A stretch of DNA of 64,000 bases from Candidatus Bathyarchaeia archaeon (GTDB taxonomy: Archaea > Thermoproteota > Bathyarchaeia > Bathyarchaeales > Bathycorpusculaceae), in NCBI GenBank assembly GCA_038883855.1, contig JAVZLH010000003.1, forward strand, positions 40,210 through 104,209. Direction: 5' to 3'. The stretch's first letter is position 1; every line of letters starts with the position of its first letter. Below the pieces are notes generated by a model. It saw only the letters and a program-made list of their open reading frames with translations, searched no databases and was not told the origin of the DNA. The position numbers and the translations under genes were made by a program. Shown here piece after piece: positions 10,300 through 20,454 of this stretch.

Positions 10300-11739
10300 T
10301 TATTCTCCAAATATTCTGCGGAAAGCTGGATACATTTCGGCGGCTCTTTCCCTAACCAAAATTTCGTAATACTGATATATTATACCAACAGAAAGCAGAA
10401 TGCCCATTCCTGAACCGAAAACTCCTAGAAAATCTGAAATACCAGCAATCAGTCCTACAATTATTCCGCCGAGAACTGTAACTGCTGGAATGTAACGCTT
10501 AAGAATGGATTCAATAGCCTTTTCAGAGCGTCTGTATCCAGGAATTTGCATGCCGGCATCGACCAGTTGCTTAGCCACGGTCGATGGTCCTAAACCGCCA
10601 ACCTCAAGCCAAGTAAGCGAGAAAATAACACAGAAAACAACGAGAATCGTGAGATAACCCAATGCTCGATCTGGACGGGCAGCAACATCTGCAAGGCTAT
10701 GCGGTGCTGTAACATAATAAACAAGGCCTCCAACAGGCTCGAGACTGGGCGTGCTACCCTCTGTGTTCCATCTAAACTGCCCTAAAATGTCAATCCAGAG
10801 TATTCCGGTTCCATTCTCTCTTTGACCGCCAAACGTGCTCCAGAAGAGCTGCGAGAAGATGAAGATGTTGGCGAAGAGAGCAGATGCGAAAATTACTGGC
10901 AAGTTGGATACGTATAGAAGTTTTATTGGGTATCGGCTTCTGAAACCTCTGTAACCAGCATAAGATATGGGTAGTTCAACTCTTACACCTTCCATGTAAA
11001 TTATCACCAAAAAGGCTGCTATTGTAGCTATAAAACCTATCAAAGATGGATAGTTTCCCCTTAATAATAAGCCTGTCGCTGGTTTTCCGCTCATTATTGT
11101 TTGCGCTAATGCCACAAAAATTCCATAACTACCATATTCATCAACCGGTGGAGAGGGGTTAAAACATGCAAGGAATATTTGTTGTGCTACACCAGCCATT
11201 ATAAAAAGGCTTATTCCACTGCCGAACCCCCATCCCTTTTGAACAAGCTCATCTAACAACTGCACGATAATTCCAGCAGCCACTAGTTGTAAGAAAACCA
11301 TTATTCTTATCGTGCTAGACAAATCACCGTACATTCCGCTGAGTATATAGGCTGTTGCCTGAACCCCTGTGAGAATTATGGCAAGAGCTTTGCTCGCTGT
11401 CGTGAAGAGGCTTCTGTCTTCTGGACGGGACATGTCGCATTCTATCATGGCTGAGCCAACTAAAAGTTGCAGTATTAATCCAGCCGTGACTATGGGACCT
11501 ATCCCCAGCTCCATGAGGGTGCCGTGGCTTGAAGCCCAAATTATTCTTAAAGCACTGAATCGTTCCTCTGTGGTTGAAGGTATGCCATATAGTGGGGTTA
11601 CTGCCATAACAAGGTATATTATCACAACTAAAGCTGTCCAGAACAGTTTCTCGTTAAACCGTACTCTCCGTTCTGGAGCCTTTACTTCTGGTAGAACCCT
11701 TGCAATTGGTTTGAACAGGTTTAGGAATCTGCCAGCCAT
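10300..11739 (-). CDS. secY: preprotein translocase subunit SecY
   Basis: GTLMELGIGPIVTAG, GSGISLFI, YPIKLLYVSNLPVI and GMQIPGYR. Confidence 0.97.
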   Translation of the reverse strand: MAGRFLNLFKPIARVLPEVKAPERRVRFNEKLFWTALVVIIYLVMAVTPLYGIPSTTEERFSALRIIWASSHGTLMELGIGPIVTAGLILQLLVGSAMIECDMSRPEDRSLFTTASKALAIILTGVQATAYILSGMYGDLSSTIRIMVFLQLVAAGIIVQLLDELVQKGWGFGSGISLFIMAGVAQQIFLACFNPSPPVDEYGSYGIFVALAQTIMSGKPATGLLLRGNYPSLIGFIATIAAFLVIIYMEGVRVELPISYAGYRGFRSRYPIKLLYVSNLPVIFASALFANIFIFSQLFWSTFGGQRENGTGILWIDILGQFRWNTEGSTPSLEPVGGLVYYVTAPHSLADVAARPDRALGYLTILVVFCVIFSLTWLEVGGLGPSTVAKQLVDAGMQIPGYRRSEKAIESILKRYIPAVTVLGGIIVGLIAGISDFLGVFGSGMGILLSVGIIYQYYEILVRERAAEMYPAFRRIFGE

Positions 11740-11749
11740 TGGTTGGTTT

Positions 11750-12217
11750 TCACTCTCCCTCTTTTTCTACCTCTTCCGTTAATTCCTCTTCTACTTCTTC
11801 TGTTAAAATTTCTCCACCAACTTCTTTTATCTTTTCAGCCGCCAACCTCGAGCACGAAGCCACTTTAACTATTAGCGGCTTTGTAATTTTTCCCGCACCA
11901 AGAAGCTTTGTATAGCCAAGGCTTGTTAAGTCTACGAGGAACTTTCCATTTTTCTCTCCAACAGAAATCTTCTTAACAATCTCGTCAAGTTTTCCAACAT
12001 TTATAGTTTTCACTTTTCTTTTCAAACTTTTAGGAGATGTAAAACCCTTTTTCCCAAAATATTCCGGTTCATACTTTATGACATAAGACCATAGATGTTT
12101 ATGTCGTCCGGCCTTTCGATAACCTTTGGACCCGGACTTTCTGTGTTGACCTACTCTCCCGTAACCTTGAGTCCTCGAACCCCGCTTTTTCCTGATTTTT
12201 CTAAGTTTATGAGGCAT
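11750..12217 (-). CDS. rpl15: 50S ribosomal protein L15 (uL15)
   Basis: RKKRGSRTQGYGR..HR, FGKKGF, KLLGAG. Confidence 0.95.
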   Translation of the reverse strand: MPHKLRKIRKKRGSRTQGYGRVGQHRKSGSKGYRKAGRHKHLWSYVIKYEPEYFGKKGFTSPKSLKRKVKTINVGKLDEIVKKISVGEKNGKFLVDLTSLGYTKLLGAGKITKPLIVKVASCSRLAAEKIKEVGGEILTEEVEEELTEEVEKEGE

Positions 12218-12220
12218 TTT

Positions 12221-12679
12221 TTAACCAGCTAATTTATCGATAGGTTTCTCTTCAGTAGCTCTTTTTAACCTTATTTCAAGCACACCATTCTTATATGTTG
12301 TACGCATTGTGGTTGGAATAACCTTTTCTGGAAGATTTAAGCTCTTGCGGTATTTGCGGTCCACAGCCTCAGCAGATAATATCAACTGTTTATTTTCTGC
12401 ACTGATTTTAAGATCTTCTATCTTGAAACCAGCCAGCCCTGCAACAACAACAATTTCATCTTTGTCTTCAAGGATGTCGATAAGAGGCTCTATCCACTTA
12501 TACTCTTTCACAGCGAGGCTTTTCGGAGCAAAATACCTATATGGATAAGCCCGCCATCTGCCCTTAGGATTCTTAGTTCGAAAAATTTTAGAAAAGTTCT
12601 TTCCGCGGGTTTCGCTACGTCTCGTTACAACATTGAATCGCTTCCGCGCTTTCTTGTTACTACGCCATCTCGCGCTCAA
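12221..12679 (-). CDS. Hsp20/alpha-crystallin family protein with basic N-terminus
   Basis: EPLIDILED.DEIVVVA.L.G...EDLKI, KYRKSLNLP and YKNGVLEIRL are typical of the alpha-crystallin domain. Confidence 0.85.
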   Translation of the reverse strand: MSARWRSNKKARKRFNVVTRRSETRGKNFSKIFRTKNPKGRWRAYPYRYFAPKSLAVKEYKWIEPLIDILEDKDEIVVVAGLAGFKIEDLKISAENKQLILSAEAVDRKYRKSLNLPEKVIPTTMRTTYKNGVLEIRLKRATEEKPIDKLAG

Positions 12680-12750
12680 TCAACGCTCCCTCGGATACAA
12701 AGGCATTTCAAAAGTAGCTATAAAATGTATCGGATAGAAAAACGTTAAAC

Positions 12751-13239
12751 TTATATCATCCGCTCTATAAGGTCGTTAACTTTTTCTCCTCGATAGCCAA
12801 GTTCACCGCCCATACCGTAGCTCTTCTTTATCTTTCCCTTAAAACCCTTCTTGGGTGGATGAAGCCTGAAAACGGGTTTAATATTTGGCAACTTCCAGTA
12901 TTCTGCACGACAGTTGAAAACAGCCTCTGCGAGATCTTCTAGGGAGTTATAACCAATTTTCTTGGCATATTCTTCGGTTAACTTCTTGTTTCCGACCAGT
13001 TCACCCTTTTCCTTTATTAGAAGATGCACTATTTCTCTAGAGGCCTCACCCCATGTTATGAAGCTTTGCGCGGTTTTCAACATTCCAAGAAATGACGACC
13101 TATTATCAATCAGTATGGCGTAGTTGTTCCTTGTTAAATGGAGCATTTTTAGGGTTTCCCTCACCTCATTTGAGGCGCTTATAGTGCCGCGAACTCTTAC
13201 AACCGCCAAGCATTTTCGTTCTTCGATTTTCTCGTCCAA
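12751..13239 (-). CDS. rpl30: 50S ribosomal protein L30 (uL30)
   Basis: AVVRVRG, ETLKMLHL, TWGE, FRLHPPKKG, GELGYRG. Confidence 0.95.
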   Translation of the reverse strand: MDEKIEERKCLAVVRVRGTISASNEVRETLKMLHLTRNNYAILIDNRSSFLGMLKTAQSFITWGEASREIVHLLIKEKGELVGNKKLTEEYAKKIGYNSLEDLAEAVFNCRAEYWKLPNIKPVFRLHPPKKGFKGKIKKSYGMGGELGYRGEKVNDLIERMI

Positions 13240-13881
13240 TTACCTCACCCAGTCCGTCGGAGTTATTAGGCTGTAGGTTTTCTTCAACGCATCAAAGACT
13301 GCGTATGCAAATGATGGAACAGTTCTCGTTGAACCATAACTCCTAGTCCAGCAATCTTTGATTCCGGCCAAACCTAAAATTATTTTTGCAACCTCGCTAG
13401 CAACTAGACCCAAGCCTCTCGGGCCAGGAACCATAACTATTTTTACACCGCCACATTTGCCTTCAACTTGGAAGGGCACCGAGTGAGGTTTACCACAACC
13501 ACACTCCCAACTTCCACAACCACGCCTAACAGGAACTAGGTTTAGGCGGGCGTCCGCAGCAGCCTTCTCTATGGCTGTTCGCACCTGACCTGCTTTCCCA
13601 GATCCTAAACCTATGTATCCGTTCCTGTTTCCAACAGCCACAATTGCCTTAAACCTTGATTTTTCGCCAGCATCTGTCTGTTTTTGAACTAAGTTTATGT
13701 TTATGACCTCCTCTTGAATGTCTGGGAGCAAAGCGTCAACAATTTGGGGTTCACGGATTTTATAACCGCCTAAAAAGATTTCTTCCATTGAGGTGATTTT
13801 GCCTTCTTGAATCATTTTTCCAACGCGGGTTTTGGGAACCCATTGCTCCAAACTTTCAGCCGTTTTACCTTCCGCTGTCAA
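13240..13881 (-). CDS. rps5: 30S ribosomal protein S5 (uS5)
   Basis: [31 protein letters not shown]. Confidence 0.97.
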   Translation of the reverse strand: MTAEGKTAESLEQWVPKTRVGKMIQEGKITSMEEIFLGGYKIREPQIVDALLPDIQEEVININLVQKQTDAGEKSRFKAIVAVGNRNGYIGLGSGKAGQVRTAIEKAAADARLNLVPVRRGCGSWECGCGKPHSVPFQVEGKCGGVKIVMVPGPRGLGLVASEVAKIILGLAGIKDCWTRSYGSTRTVPSFAYAVFDALKKTYSLITPTDWVR

Positions 13882-14486
13882 CTCTTTTTACCTCCACCCT
13901 CAAACTCAGCGATTATGGCTTTTTTGACCTCTTCAAAATGTTCTGGAAGACTTTCTGGTTGAAGCTTATTTGCCAGATACTTTGAAAATCGAAGATTGTA
14001 TTCTGCGGGGTTGGAAGCCAAATTTTTTGCATACTTTGCGATGTGTTCACCTTTCACTCGCTCTTCGTCTGGAAGTTTCTCCTCGCCATGGGGAATATTC
14101 ATTCCAGCATCTAACGCTCCCTTCAACACTGTTAGAACCCTTGAGCCCTTGGAAGGAAAGTGCAATCCAATGTCTAAAATTGCCTCGCTTACTCCCTTGG
14201 CTTTAGCCTTCAAACCGCATAAAAGCCCTGTCAAATAGGCTGTTGGAACGTTTCCTCTATGAGCCCTCCACCCATACTTTCTTGCCAGTTCTCTGCTATG
14301 CGCCGAAACCAAAACTTCATCGCCATGGGGTTTAGCGACAACAACTTGAGCAACAATGTTATTTAATGCGCCACGCACAACGAGACGGGGCTTGCCTGAA
14401 AGCGCCAAGGCCTTCCTCTTTCTATAATCTGTTTTTCCCTCTCTTCTCCGCCGAAATGGAACACAATAGCGTGCGTTCCGAGCCAT
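13878..14486 (-). CDS. rpl18: 50S ribosomal protein L18 (uL18)
   Basis: [31 protein letters not shown]. Confidence 0.97.
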   Translation of the reverse strand: MARNARYCVPFRRRREGKTDYRKRKALALSGKPRLVVRGALNNIVAQVVVAKPHGDEVLVSAHSRELARKYGWRAHRGNVPTAYLTGLLCGLKAKAKGVSEAILDIGLHFPSKGSRVLTVLKGALDAGMNIPHGEEKLPDEERVKGEHIAKYAKNLASNPAEYNLRFSKYLANKLQPESLPEHFEEVKKAIIAEFEGGGKKS

Positions 14487-14941
14487 CAGCGTTTCCTCCA
14501 GAGTCCATGTGCTTTAAGGTGACGTTCTAAATCAGCGACAGACGTGAATCTTCCACTGCTCGCCATTTTGTAGAGCTTCCGATAAGTTGCTTCTGTAATA
14601 ATTCTATTCGCCTTTAATTCACGAAGCCTCATCCTCAAAGCCCTAATCTTAGCCATCCAAGCATCCTTCTTGGAAATTTTAGAATGAAGTCCCCCGCTTC
14701 TACTACCCGGTCCACGCCGCCTTCCAACTTTCTTTTTCAAATGCACCGTTCGAGCTCTTGCTCGACTTACACCTTCCTCTGGTAGCGGTTTAATAATGCC
14801 TTCATGGATTAGTTTACGAATTTCCTCCCTTGTTATTGCAGTTTCAACATCGTCTATCCTTTCAGGGTTTATCCAAACCCTGTTTTGCCCAACTTTTAAT
14901 ATTTTGGCTGCAAGACGCCGCTGACTCTTTAGGCTCGTCAT
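14486..14941 (-). CDS. rpl19e: 50S ribosomal protein L19e
   Basis: [35 protein letters not shown]. Confidence 0.97.
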   Translation of the reverse strand: MTSLKSQRRLAAKILKVGQNRVWINPERIDDVETAITREEIRKLIHEGIIKPLPEEGVSRARARTVHLKKKVGRRRGPGSRSGGLHSKISKKDAWMAKIRALRMRLRELKANRIITEATYRKLYKMASSGRFTSVADLERHLKAHGLWRKR

Positions 14942-15480
14942 CCTTCTTTGGCACCGCCCTCACTTTTTCTTTCACTTTTCCGCTTTTTTCCCTGTTTTTT
15001 CTCCTTAGTCTTCTTTTCTTCTCCCTCTTCCATTTCCTCAGGCTTCTCTTCTAGTTTCTCCTTCTTCTCTTCAACTTTTTCCTCGACTTCTTTGGGGTTC
15101 ACAATGGTGATTTTCTTCTTCCTCGCCTCAGCAATGATTTTAAGTCTTTTTCTCTTACCAGTTGTGTGGGCAATGCGCACAACCTGAGTTTTGGGGTTAA
15201 CCTTCCTGATTTCATCGAGATTGTGCACCAGCACCTCTTCATAGCCTGATGGATGAAGACCTCTAGCAACTTTTGGTCCCCTATAGCCAACATTCACTGT
15301 TGGCGGCCAACCCTTGATTTTTCTTCGCATCTTGTTGTCTATGCCTTTTGGTTTGCGCCAATTCTCTTTTAAGCGAATGTACCGCCAGCTTTCTTGCCTA
15401 ACAAAGTTTGGCTTTTTCTTTTTGACGCGTTCCCGCATTTTAAGGGCTTTTTCTTTTGTTATTGCTTTCTGTTCCATCAT
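14938..15480 (-). CDS. rpl32e: 50S ribosomal protein L32e with charged C-terminal tail
   Basis: F.RQESWRY.RL..NWRKPKGIDNKMR, GLHPSG. Confidence 0.96.
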   Translation of the reverse strand: MMEQKAITKEKALKMRERVKKKKPNFVRQESWRYIRLKENWRKPKGIDNKMRRKIKGWPPTVNVGYRGPKVARGLHPSGYEEVLVHNLDEIRKVNPKTQVVRIAHTTGKRKRLKIIAEARKKKITIVNPKEVEEKVEEKKEKLEEKPEEMEEGEEKKTKEKKQGKKRKSERKSEGGAKEG

Positions 15481-16025
15481 GCTTCCATCCCTTCACTGCG
15501 CTCGTACACGTATATGCCGTCCAAGAAAACCCTCGGGTCCTTCCTTTTCACTTTAGTTGCTTGCTCGATGTTTGCTGCTGTTTGGCTTACGTCCTCAAGG
15601 TTTATGCCTTGAACTATTATGTCTTCGCTTTGAACCTTAATTTGCACGTCTCCGATGATTTTTGCCTTCCTTGGATTCCTCTCGCCAGTGAAATTTTCTA
15701 TTAAAACTACCTTGTCTTTAACCTTGACCGAAATTGGAAAATGAGAGAAAACTATCTTAAGTTTATACGAGAAACCTTTCCTAACTCCCGTAATCATGTT
15801 TTGGATATGAGAACAAACTGTGCCTACAAGAGAAGCCTCTTTTTTGCGTGGCCACTCAGCCCAAACTCGGATTGTTTTATCGTTAACCTCGATTGAAACT
15901 GGGGCTTTGGAAAAGTCGCGGGTTAATGTTCCCTTTGCCCCTTTAACCGTAACTTTTCTTCCTTCAACCGTCACTTCCACATCTTCTGGAACTTGAATTA
16001 TTCTTGAAATTTCAACAGCCTGCAT
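15477..16025 (-). CDS. rpl6: 50S ribosomal protein L6 (uL6)
   Basis: VKGAKGTL.R, HIQNMITGV, SHFPI, KDPRVFLDGIY. Start set at ATG 16025. Confidence 0.95.
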   Translation of the reverse strand: MQAVEISRIIQVPEDVEVTVEGRKVTVKGAKGTLTRDFSKAPVSIEVNDKTIRVWAEWPRKKEASLVGTVCSHIQNMITGVRKGFSYKLKIVFSHFPISVKVKDKVVLIENFTGERNPRKAKIIGDVQIKVQSEDIIVQGINLEDVSQTAANIEQATKVKRKDPRVFLDGIYVYERSEGMEA

Positions 16026-16038
16026 AGGATGACACCTT

Positions 16039-16422
16039 TCAATAGACAAATGCTAACAATCTACCTCCAATGCACTTTTCCTTAGCCTCCTTATGAGACA
16101 CCACTCCCTTAGGAGTTGAAACAATTAAGATGCCGATGTCCCTTGACGGAAGAAACTCTTTCTCCCATTTCTCAAATTCCTCTACTCTAACAGGGAAGCG
16201 TGGTTTTATAGCTCCACACTTGTTTATTCTTCCCAAAAGCTGAACCTTAAATTTCCCAGAACGCCCATCATCGATAAACTCGAACTCTCCAATGTAACCA
16301 TTTAACTGCATAATCCTCAACACTCGACCCAAAAGTTTAGAGGCTGGGCTAATCACGCATTCCCGCTTGTTTCGCATCTCATTATTTATGATTGTTGTCA
16401 AGCCATTTGCCAAAGTGTCCAT
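16039..16422 (-). CDS. rps8: 30S ribosomal protein S8 (uS8)
   Basis: [32 protein letters not shown]. Start set at ATG 16422. Confidence 0.96.
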   Translation of the reverse strand: MDTLANGLTTIINNEMRNKRECVISPASKLLGRVLRIMQLNGYIGEFEFIDDGRSGKFKVQLLGRINKCGAIKPRFPVRVEEFEKWEKEFLPSRDIGILIVSTPKGVVSHKEAKEKCIGGRLLAFVY

Positions 16423-16435
16423 GAAATTTTCCTCG

Positions 16436-16600
16436 CTATTCATATTTTTTGAAGCCAAGTTTTTTAGCTACTTCCCTAAAACAATGTCGACACAAATATA
16501 AATTATAACGCCTGATTATTGGTCCATAAGATCCACATCTGCTGCATGGCCTAGCACCCTTACCGTACTTTCTTTCTTTTTTAGGCTTATACTTAGCCAT
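16436..16600 (-). CDS. rps14: 30S ribosomal protein S14 (uS14, Zn-binding), 54 aa
   Basis: Hand translation gives [54 protein letters not shown]. It lies between rpl5 and rps8 and is below the ORF-track size cutoff. Confidence 0.95.
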   Translation of the reverse strand: MAKYKPKKERKYGKGARPCSRCGSYGPIIRRYNLYLCRHCFREVAKKLGFKKYE

Positions 16601-16614
16601 ATAATGCTTCCCTC

Positions 16615-17154
16615 CTAGACAATTTCCACCCCTAACGCGTCTTTAACGAAAACCATGGCTTCTTCAGGTGTCAATACATGTCTTGCGCCAACCTTTGTCC
16701 CTTTAATTCGCCGCTCTTTAACTCGGTATCCAGGGCGGCCGAGGGTGACGCAGACATCCATCCCAAATATGCCAATGTCAGGGTCGTATTTTACACCTGC
16801 TATCTCTATGTGCTCCTTTATGCCAAAGGAGAAGTTGCCGTGCTTGTCAAAACTTTCCTTTGGAATTTTGTTATCGATTACTTGTAAAACTTTTTTTAAG
16901 AAATCTAGCGCCTTTTGCTTTCTAAGCGTAACTATGCAGGCTATCGGTTCGCCTTTCCTAATTCCGAAATCCCTGATTGTCTTCTTTGCTTTTCGTTTAC
17001 AGGGCGTTTGACCTGTTAAATCTTTCAAAACTTTTGCAGCCTTTTCTAGCGGCTCCCCAGACTTCCCGACGCTTATGTTAACAACAACTTTTCCAATTTT
17101 TGGTTTCAACATGGGATGTTCTTCCCATTTCTTCCGAATCTCATCTTCAGACAA
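16615..17154 (-). CDS. rpl5: 50S ribosomal protein L5 (uL5)
   Basis: [38 protein letters not shown]. Likely TTG start at 17154 after GGAGG. Confidence 0.95.
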   Translation of the reverse strand: MSEDEIRKKWEEHPMLKPKIGKVVVNISVGKSGEPLEKAAKVLKDLTGQTPCKRKAKKTIRDFGIRKGEPIACIVTLRKQKALDFLKKVLQVIDNKIPKESFDKHGNFSFGIKEHIEIAGVKYDPDIGIFGMDVCVTLGRPGYRVKERRIKGTKVGARHVLTPEEAMVFVKDALGVEIV

Positions 17155-17914
17155 CAGTAGCAACCTCCGGTATTGATATAAGTGGCTTTGTTTCACCTAA
17201 AGCGAAAACAAAGTTCAGTATTGTCTGGTAACGGCTGCCCTTCTCGTCTTCGATTACAACCAAGGCGTTCCTTCGCCGTTCACCTTTCGTTCTTTTAATC
17301 TCCACCACTTTGCCATGTTTCCCAATGTTTTTTCCACCAGTTATTATCGCCAAAACATTCTCTTTAACCTTAACATGTTCCAGGATCCGCCTATCTGGAA
17401 GACTTATCTTCAAAGTGTCTAAGGTTTCATAAACATCCTCTTGCGGATTTCGAGGATCTGCAACTTTCACTAGAATGTTTGAACCATCGTGGAGACCGAG
17501 TTGCACATGACCTTTTTTGACGCAGGTCTTATTTTCTATTCGACACAGCTTAAAGCTTGTTTCTTCCTTGCCAATCGGGTGAAGGATGAAACCTTTATGA
17601 GAAGGTAAAACGCGGAAAAAAGCGTTTGCTTCAGGTATTGCAATTACGTCCATAAGTCCCACAGGAAAATCGTCTTTTTGTCTAATTTTGCCATCTACAT
17701 AGACTTTGCCTTGTGAAACTATGAGTTTAGCCTCTTTCCTTGTCTTAGCAAACCCAAGGATGTCCCGCAGAACTATAGCTAGTGGTAAGCAATTTTCAAG
17801 GGAATGCGGCCCCGGAGAAGGTTTTACAGTCCACACAAACTTCTTTCTCGGAATAGGCCAGAATTTCGGAGCAGGTTTCCGCTTTAATCCTGTTGACCCA
17901 CCTTTTTTACCCAA
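17147..17914 (-). CDS. rps4e: 30S ribosomal protein S4e
   Basis: LKRKPAPKFWPI, PSPGPHS, FPVGLMDV, LHDG.N. Confidence 0.96.
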   Translation of the reverse strand: MGKKGGSTGLKRKPAPKFWPIPRKKFVWTVKPSPGPHSLENCLPLAIVLRDILGFAKTRKEAKLIVSQGKVYVDGKIRQKDDFPVGLMDVIAIPEANAFFRVLPSHKGFILHPIGKEETSFKLCRIENKTCVKKGHVQLGLHDGSNILVKVADPRNPQEDVYETLDTLKISLPDRRILEHVKVKENVLAIITGGKNIGKHGKVVEIKRTKGERRRNALVVIEDEKGSRYQTILNFVFALGETKPLISIPEVATVV

Positions 17915-17917
17915 AGT

Positions 17918-18499
17918 TTATTCCTTCCCCTCTTTTTTCTGGGCGATTTTCTGTTTTTTCTTCGTTTTTGTCTTAACCTCTCTTTCTTCAACCTTCTCAG
18001 TTTTTGCCTCTTTTTCCACAAGCTCTTTTGCGGTTTCTATTTCTCTCTCTCGCGATTTCTCCTCTTCTACAAGTTTTTCTTCAACTATTCCTCCTTTCAC
18101 TTCCACAGCTTTTTCCAATTCCTTACGAGCCACTTTTTTCCTTTCTAAAACCCCTTTTCTCCATTTGTCATCGAGGTTTAGCCGTGTAATCATAACTTTA
18201 GATGGATGAACTGGAACAAATATTGTGGATCCATCAACCTTTTCCCTCGTCAAACCTTCCACGTATATTCGGAATTTCTTCCTATCTACACGAGTGATTT
18301 TTCCTTCAAATCCCTTATGGTCTCCACGCATGACGCGAACTGTGTCACCGCTTCTCACGGGTATAGCGTTTACGCCATATTCGGCTTTAAGTTCAGGTGA
18401 AAGAGGGGCGGCTAAAAGCTTGTGGCGTATGTGGTCTGGTGCTTGACGCAGTATTTTTCTTTGTTTGGACGGTTTTGCCGATTGTTTTAGAGCTTGCAT
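17918..18499 (-). CDS. rpl24: 50S ribosomal protein L24 (uL24) with long Glu/Lys tail
   Basis: KPSKQRK, LAAPLSPEL, VRSGDTVRVMRG, VHPSKVMIT.L. Confidence 0.95.
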   Translation of the reverse strand: MQALKQSAKPSKQRKILRQAPDHIRHKLLAAPLSPELKAEYGVNAIPVRSGDTVRVMRGDHKGFEGKITRVDRKKFRIYVEGLTREKVDGSTIFVPVHPSKVMITRLNLDDKWRKGVLERKKVARKELEKAVEVKGGIVEEKLVEEEKSREREIETAKELVEKEAKTEKVEEREVKTKTKKKQKIAQKKEGKE

Positions 18500-18510
18500 G
18501 CTTTTTCACC

Positions 18511-18951
18511 CTATATTATTATGCTGGCGGCGCTCGCTATTCTCGGCCATCTTTCTGCCGCCTCCTTCGCTACTGGACCGCGAATTTCCGAACCTTTCAT
18601 TTCTCCGTCAGGGGTTATTATGACAGCGGCATTGTCTTCAAACTGAACCCATACACCGTCAGTTCTTCTGTAGGGTTTTCTCTGTCGTACGATAACAGCT
18701 TGGAAAATTTTCTTTCTCATGTCAGGGGTTCCATGCCTAACGGATACAATTACTCTGTCGCCCACAGCAGCAGAGGGGTAGCGCCGCAATTTCCCCTTAT
18801 AGCCCATAACTTGGACTAGACGTAGTTCTCTGGCTCCAGTGTTGTCAGCGCACTTTAACATGGAGCCTGCTGGCAGCCCCCTAGATATTTTTGGCCCATG
18901 TCCAAGCATCCCCTTCGCAACTAGAGCCCTCTGTTTAGCCTTCGCCGCCAT
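18511..18951 (-). CDS. rpl14: 50S ribosomal protein L14 (uL14)
   Basis: [36 protein letters not shown]. Start set at ATG 18951. Confidence 0.96.
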   Translation of the reverse strand: MAAKAKQRALVAKGMLGHGPKISRGLPAGSMLKCADNTGARELRLVQVMGYKGKLRRYPSAAVGDRVIVSVRHGTPDMRKKIFQAVIVRQRKPYRRTDGVWVQFEDNAAVIITPDGEMKGSEIRGPVAKEAAERWPRIASAASIII

Positions 18952-18952
18952 G

Positions 18953-19273
18953 CTATCCTTCCTCCTCATGTTTTTCGACAACAACAAATGACACGGTTTT
19001 GCTTATTGGACGGCATTCCGCTATTGTGACACGGTCTCCTTCTTTTGCGTTTATACATGGGGGATTGTGGGATGGTATACGGCTATATCTTCTCTCGTAT
19101 CTAAGAAATTTCGGAACGTAATGGAGATACTCGCGTTTCACTATAACTGTTTTGTCCATTTTTGAGCTTACAACAACTCCTTCCAAGATGCGCCCTCTTA
19201 TCGGAAGGTCGCCGTGGAATGGACAGTTTCTGTCGTTGCAGGATTCTTTGGGCTTTTTGAACGTTAAAGGCAT
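18953..19273 (-). CDS. rps17: 30S ribosomal protein S17 (uS17)
   Basis: [31 protein letters not shown]. Confidence 0.96.
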   Translation of the reverse strand: MPLTFKKPKESCNDRNCPFHGDLPIRGRILEGVVVSSKMDKTVIVKREYLHYVPKFLRYERRYSRIPSHNPPCINAKEGDRVTIAECRPISKTVSFVVVEKHEEEG

Positions 19274-19554
19274 TACCATAACCTCCTAATGCGCTTTTTA
19301 AGGCGGTCTTCAGGTCTGCCTACAAGCAATTTACCATCAATTTCAACTATGGTTCCGTCAAAAAAATTGAAGCGGAAAACTGCTGTTTCTTTTACAACGA
19401 CCTTTCTTTTACCTTCATGTAAAATTGTAAAGGTATTTTTTGTTTCATCTATCACTTTGCCACATATCCCAACGTAACAGGGATGCTTACTTTTAGCAAC
19501 CGTAGCTTCAGTTCCAATAAACTCACATCGAACTATGTCTGGTGTCACCTTCAT
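19273..19554 (-). CDS. rnp1: ribonuclease P protein subunit Rpp29/POP4
   Basis: [29 protein letters not shown]; canonical position. Confidence 0.92.
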   Translation of the reverse strand: MKVTPDIVRCEFIGTEATVAKSKHPCYVGICGKVIDETKNTFTILHEGKRKVVVKETAVFRFNFFDGTIVEIDGKLLVGRPEDRLKKRIRRLW

Positions 19555-19784
19555 TTTCTTTTCCCCGCTGCTGCTTCGCCACTTTTAAGCTTTTGTTCAT
19601 GTTCTAGTGTTAATATTCGTGCAATGGTTTTGCGCAGCTCCTTTATTCTCCCAGGGTTTTCTACAGTGCCACCTGCCTTAATCATTGTTTTTAACCTTAA
19701 CAGTTCAGTTCTTAACTCGTTTAATTTTTTTAATCGCTCCTCAGAGGACATCTCTCGAATCTCTTTAATTCGCAGTACGGGCAT
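19551..19784 (-). CDS. rpl29: 50S ribosomal protein L29 (uL29)
   Basis: LRIKEIREMS.EE, ENPGRIKELRKTIARILT. Confidence 0.95.
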   Translation of the reverse strand: MPVLRIKEIREMSSEERLKKLNELRTELLRLKTMIKAGGTVENPGRIKELRKTIARILTLEHEQKLKSGEAAAGKRK

Positions 19785-19785
19785 C

Positions 19786-20454
19786 CTATTCCTCTGCCTC
19801 CCCCTCTTCCTCTTTCAACTCTCCAGACTTTTCTTCCACGACCTCTTCTTCCGATGGGATTTCTCCAATTATTTCGAGCTTGTCTGGAAACTTTGCGTCA
19901 GGGGGCATTATCCTAACTTTCACGCCAAATATGCCCGGTTTTAGTTGAACATGAACCTCAGCTTTCCGCATGTACTTTAAGGCTGGGTCTCCGCATTTCG
20001 GCAAGTATCCAGCACGGAACTTCTCGTACCTTGCCCTTTCAGTTCTCAGCTTTCCGCTTATGATTATTTCCGCACCGAGGGCCCCTGCTTCCATAACTTG
20101 GTTTAGAGCCCAAAAACCTGCACGCCTAAAATGTACTCCTCGCTGTAGCGCCGCTGCAACCCTTGAGGCTACAACATAGGCGTTTAATTCTGGAACTTCT
20201 ATTTCGGAAACAGAAATCTGGGGATTTGAAATCTTAAAATTCTCTTCTAAGATTGTTGCAAGCTCCCTTATTGTTTCCCCTCCGCGCCCTATCACTAGGC
20301 CTGGGCGCATCGCGTAAATTACAATGTGGGTACCTAAGGGAGTTTTGGATATGGCTACCCCACCGTATCCCGCTCTTTCAAGTTTCTTCTGCAAGAATTC
20401 GTCTATTTCCGCCTTCTTTATTGATTCTGTTATAAAACGTTTGACTATGGACAT
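19786..20454 (-). CDS. rps3: 30S ribosomal protein S3 (uS3)
   Basis: RAGYGG, KH motif RPGLVIGRGG, GAEIIISGKL, GVKVRIM. Confidence 0.97.
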   Translation of the reverse strand: MSIVKRFITESIKKAEIDEFLQKKLERAGYGGVAISKTPLGTHIVIYAMRPGLVIGRGGETIRELATILEENFKISNPQISVSEIEVPELNAYVVASRVAAALQRGVHFRRAGFWALNQVMEAGALGAEIIISGKLRTERARYEKFRAGYLPKCGDPALKYMRKAEVHVQLKPGIFGVKVRIMPPDAKFPDKLEIIGEIPSEEEVVEEKSGELKEEEGEAEE

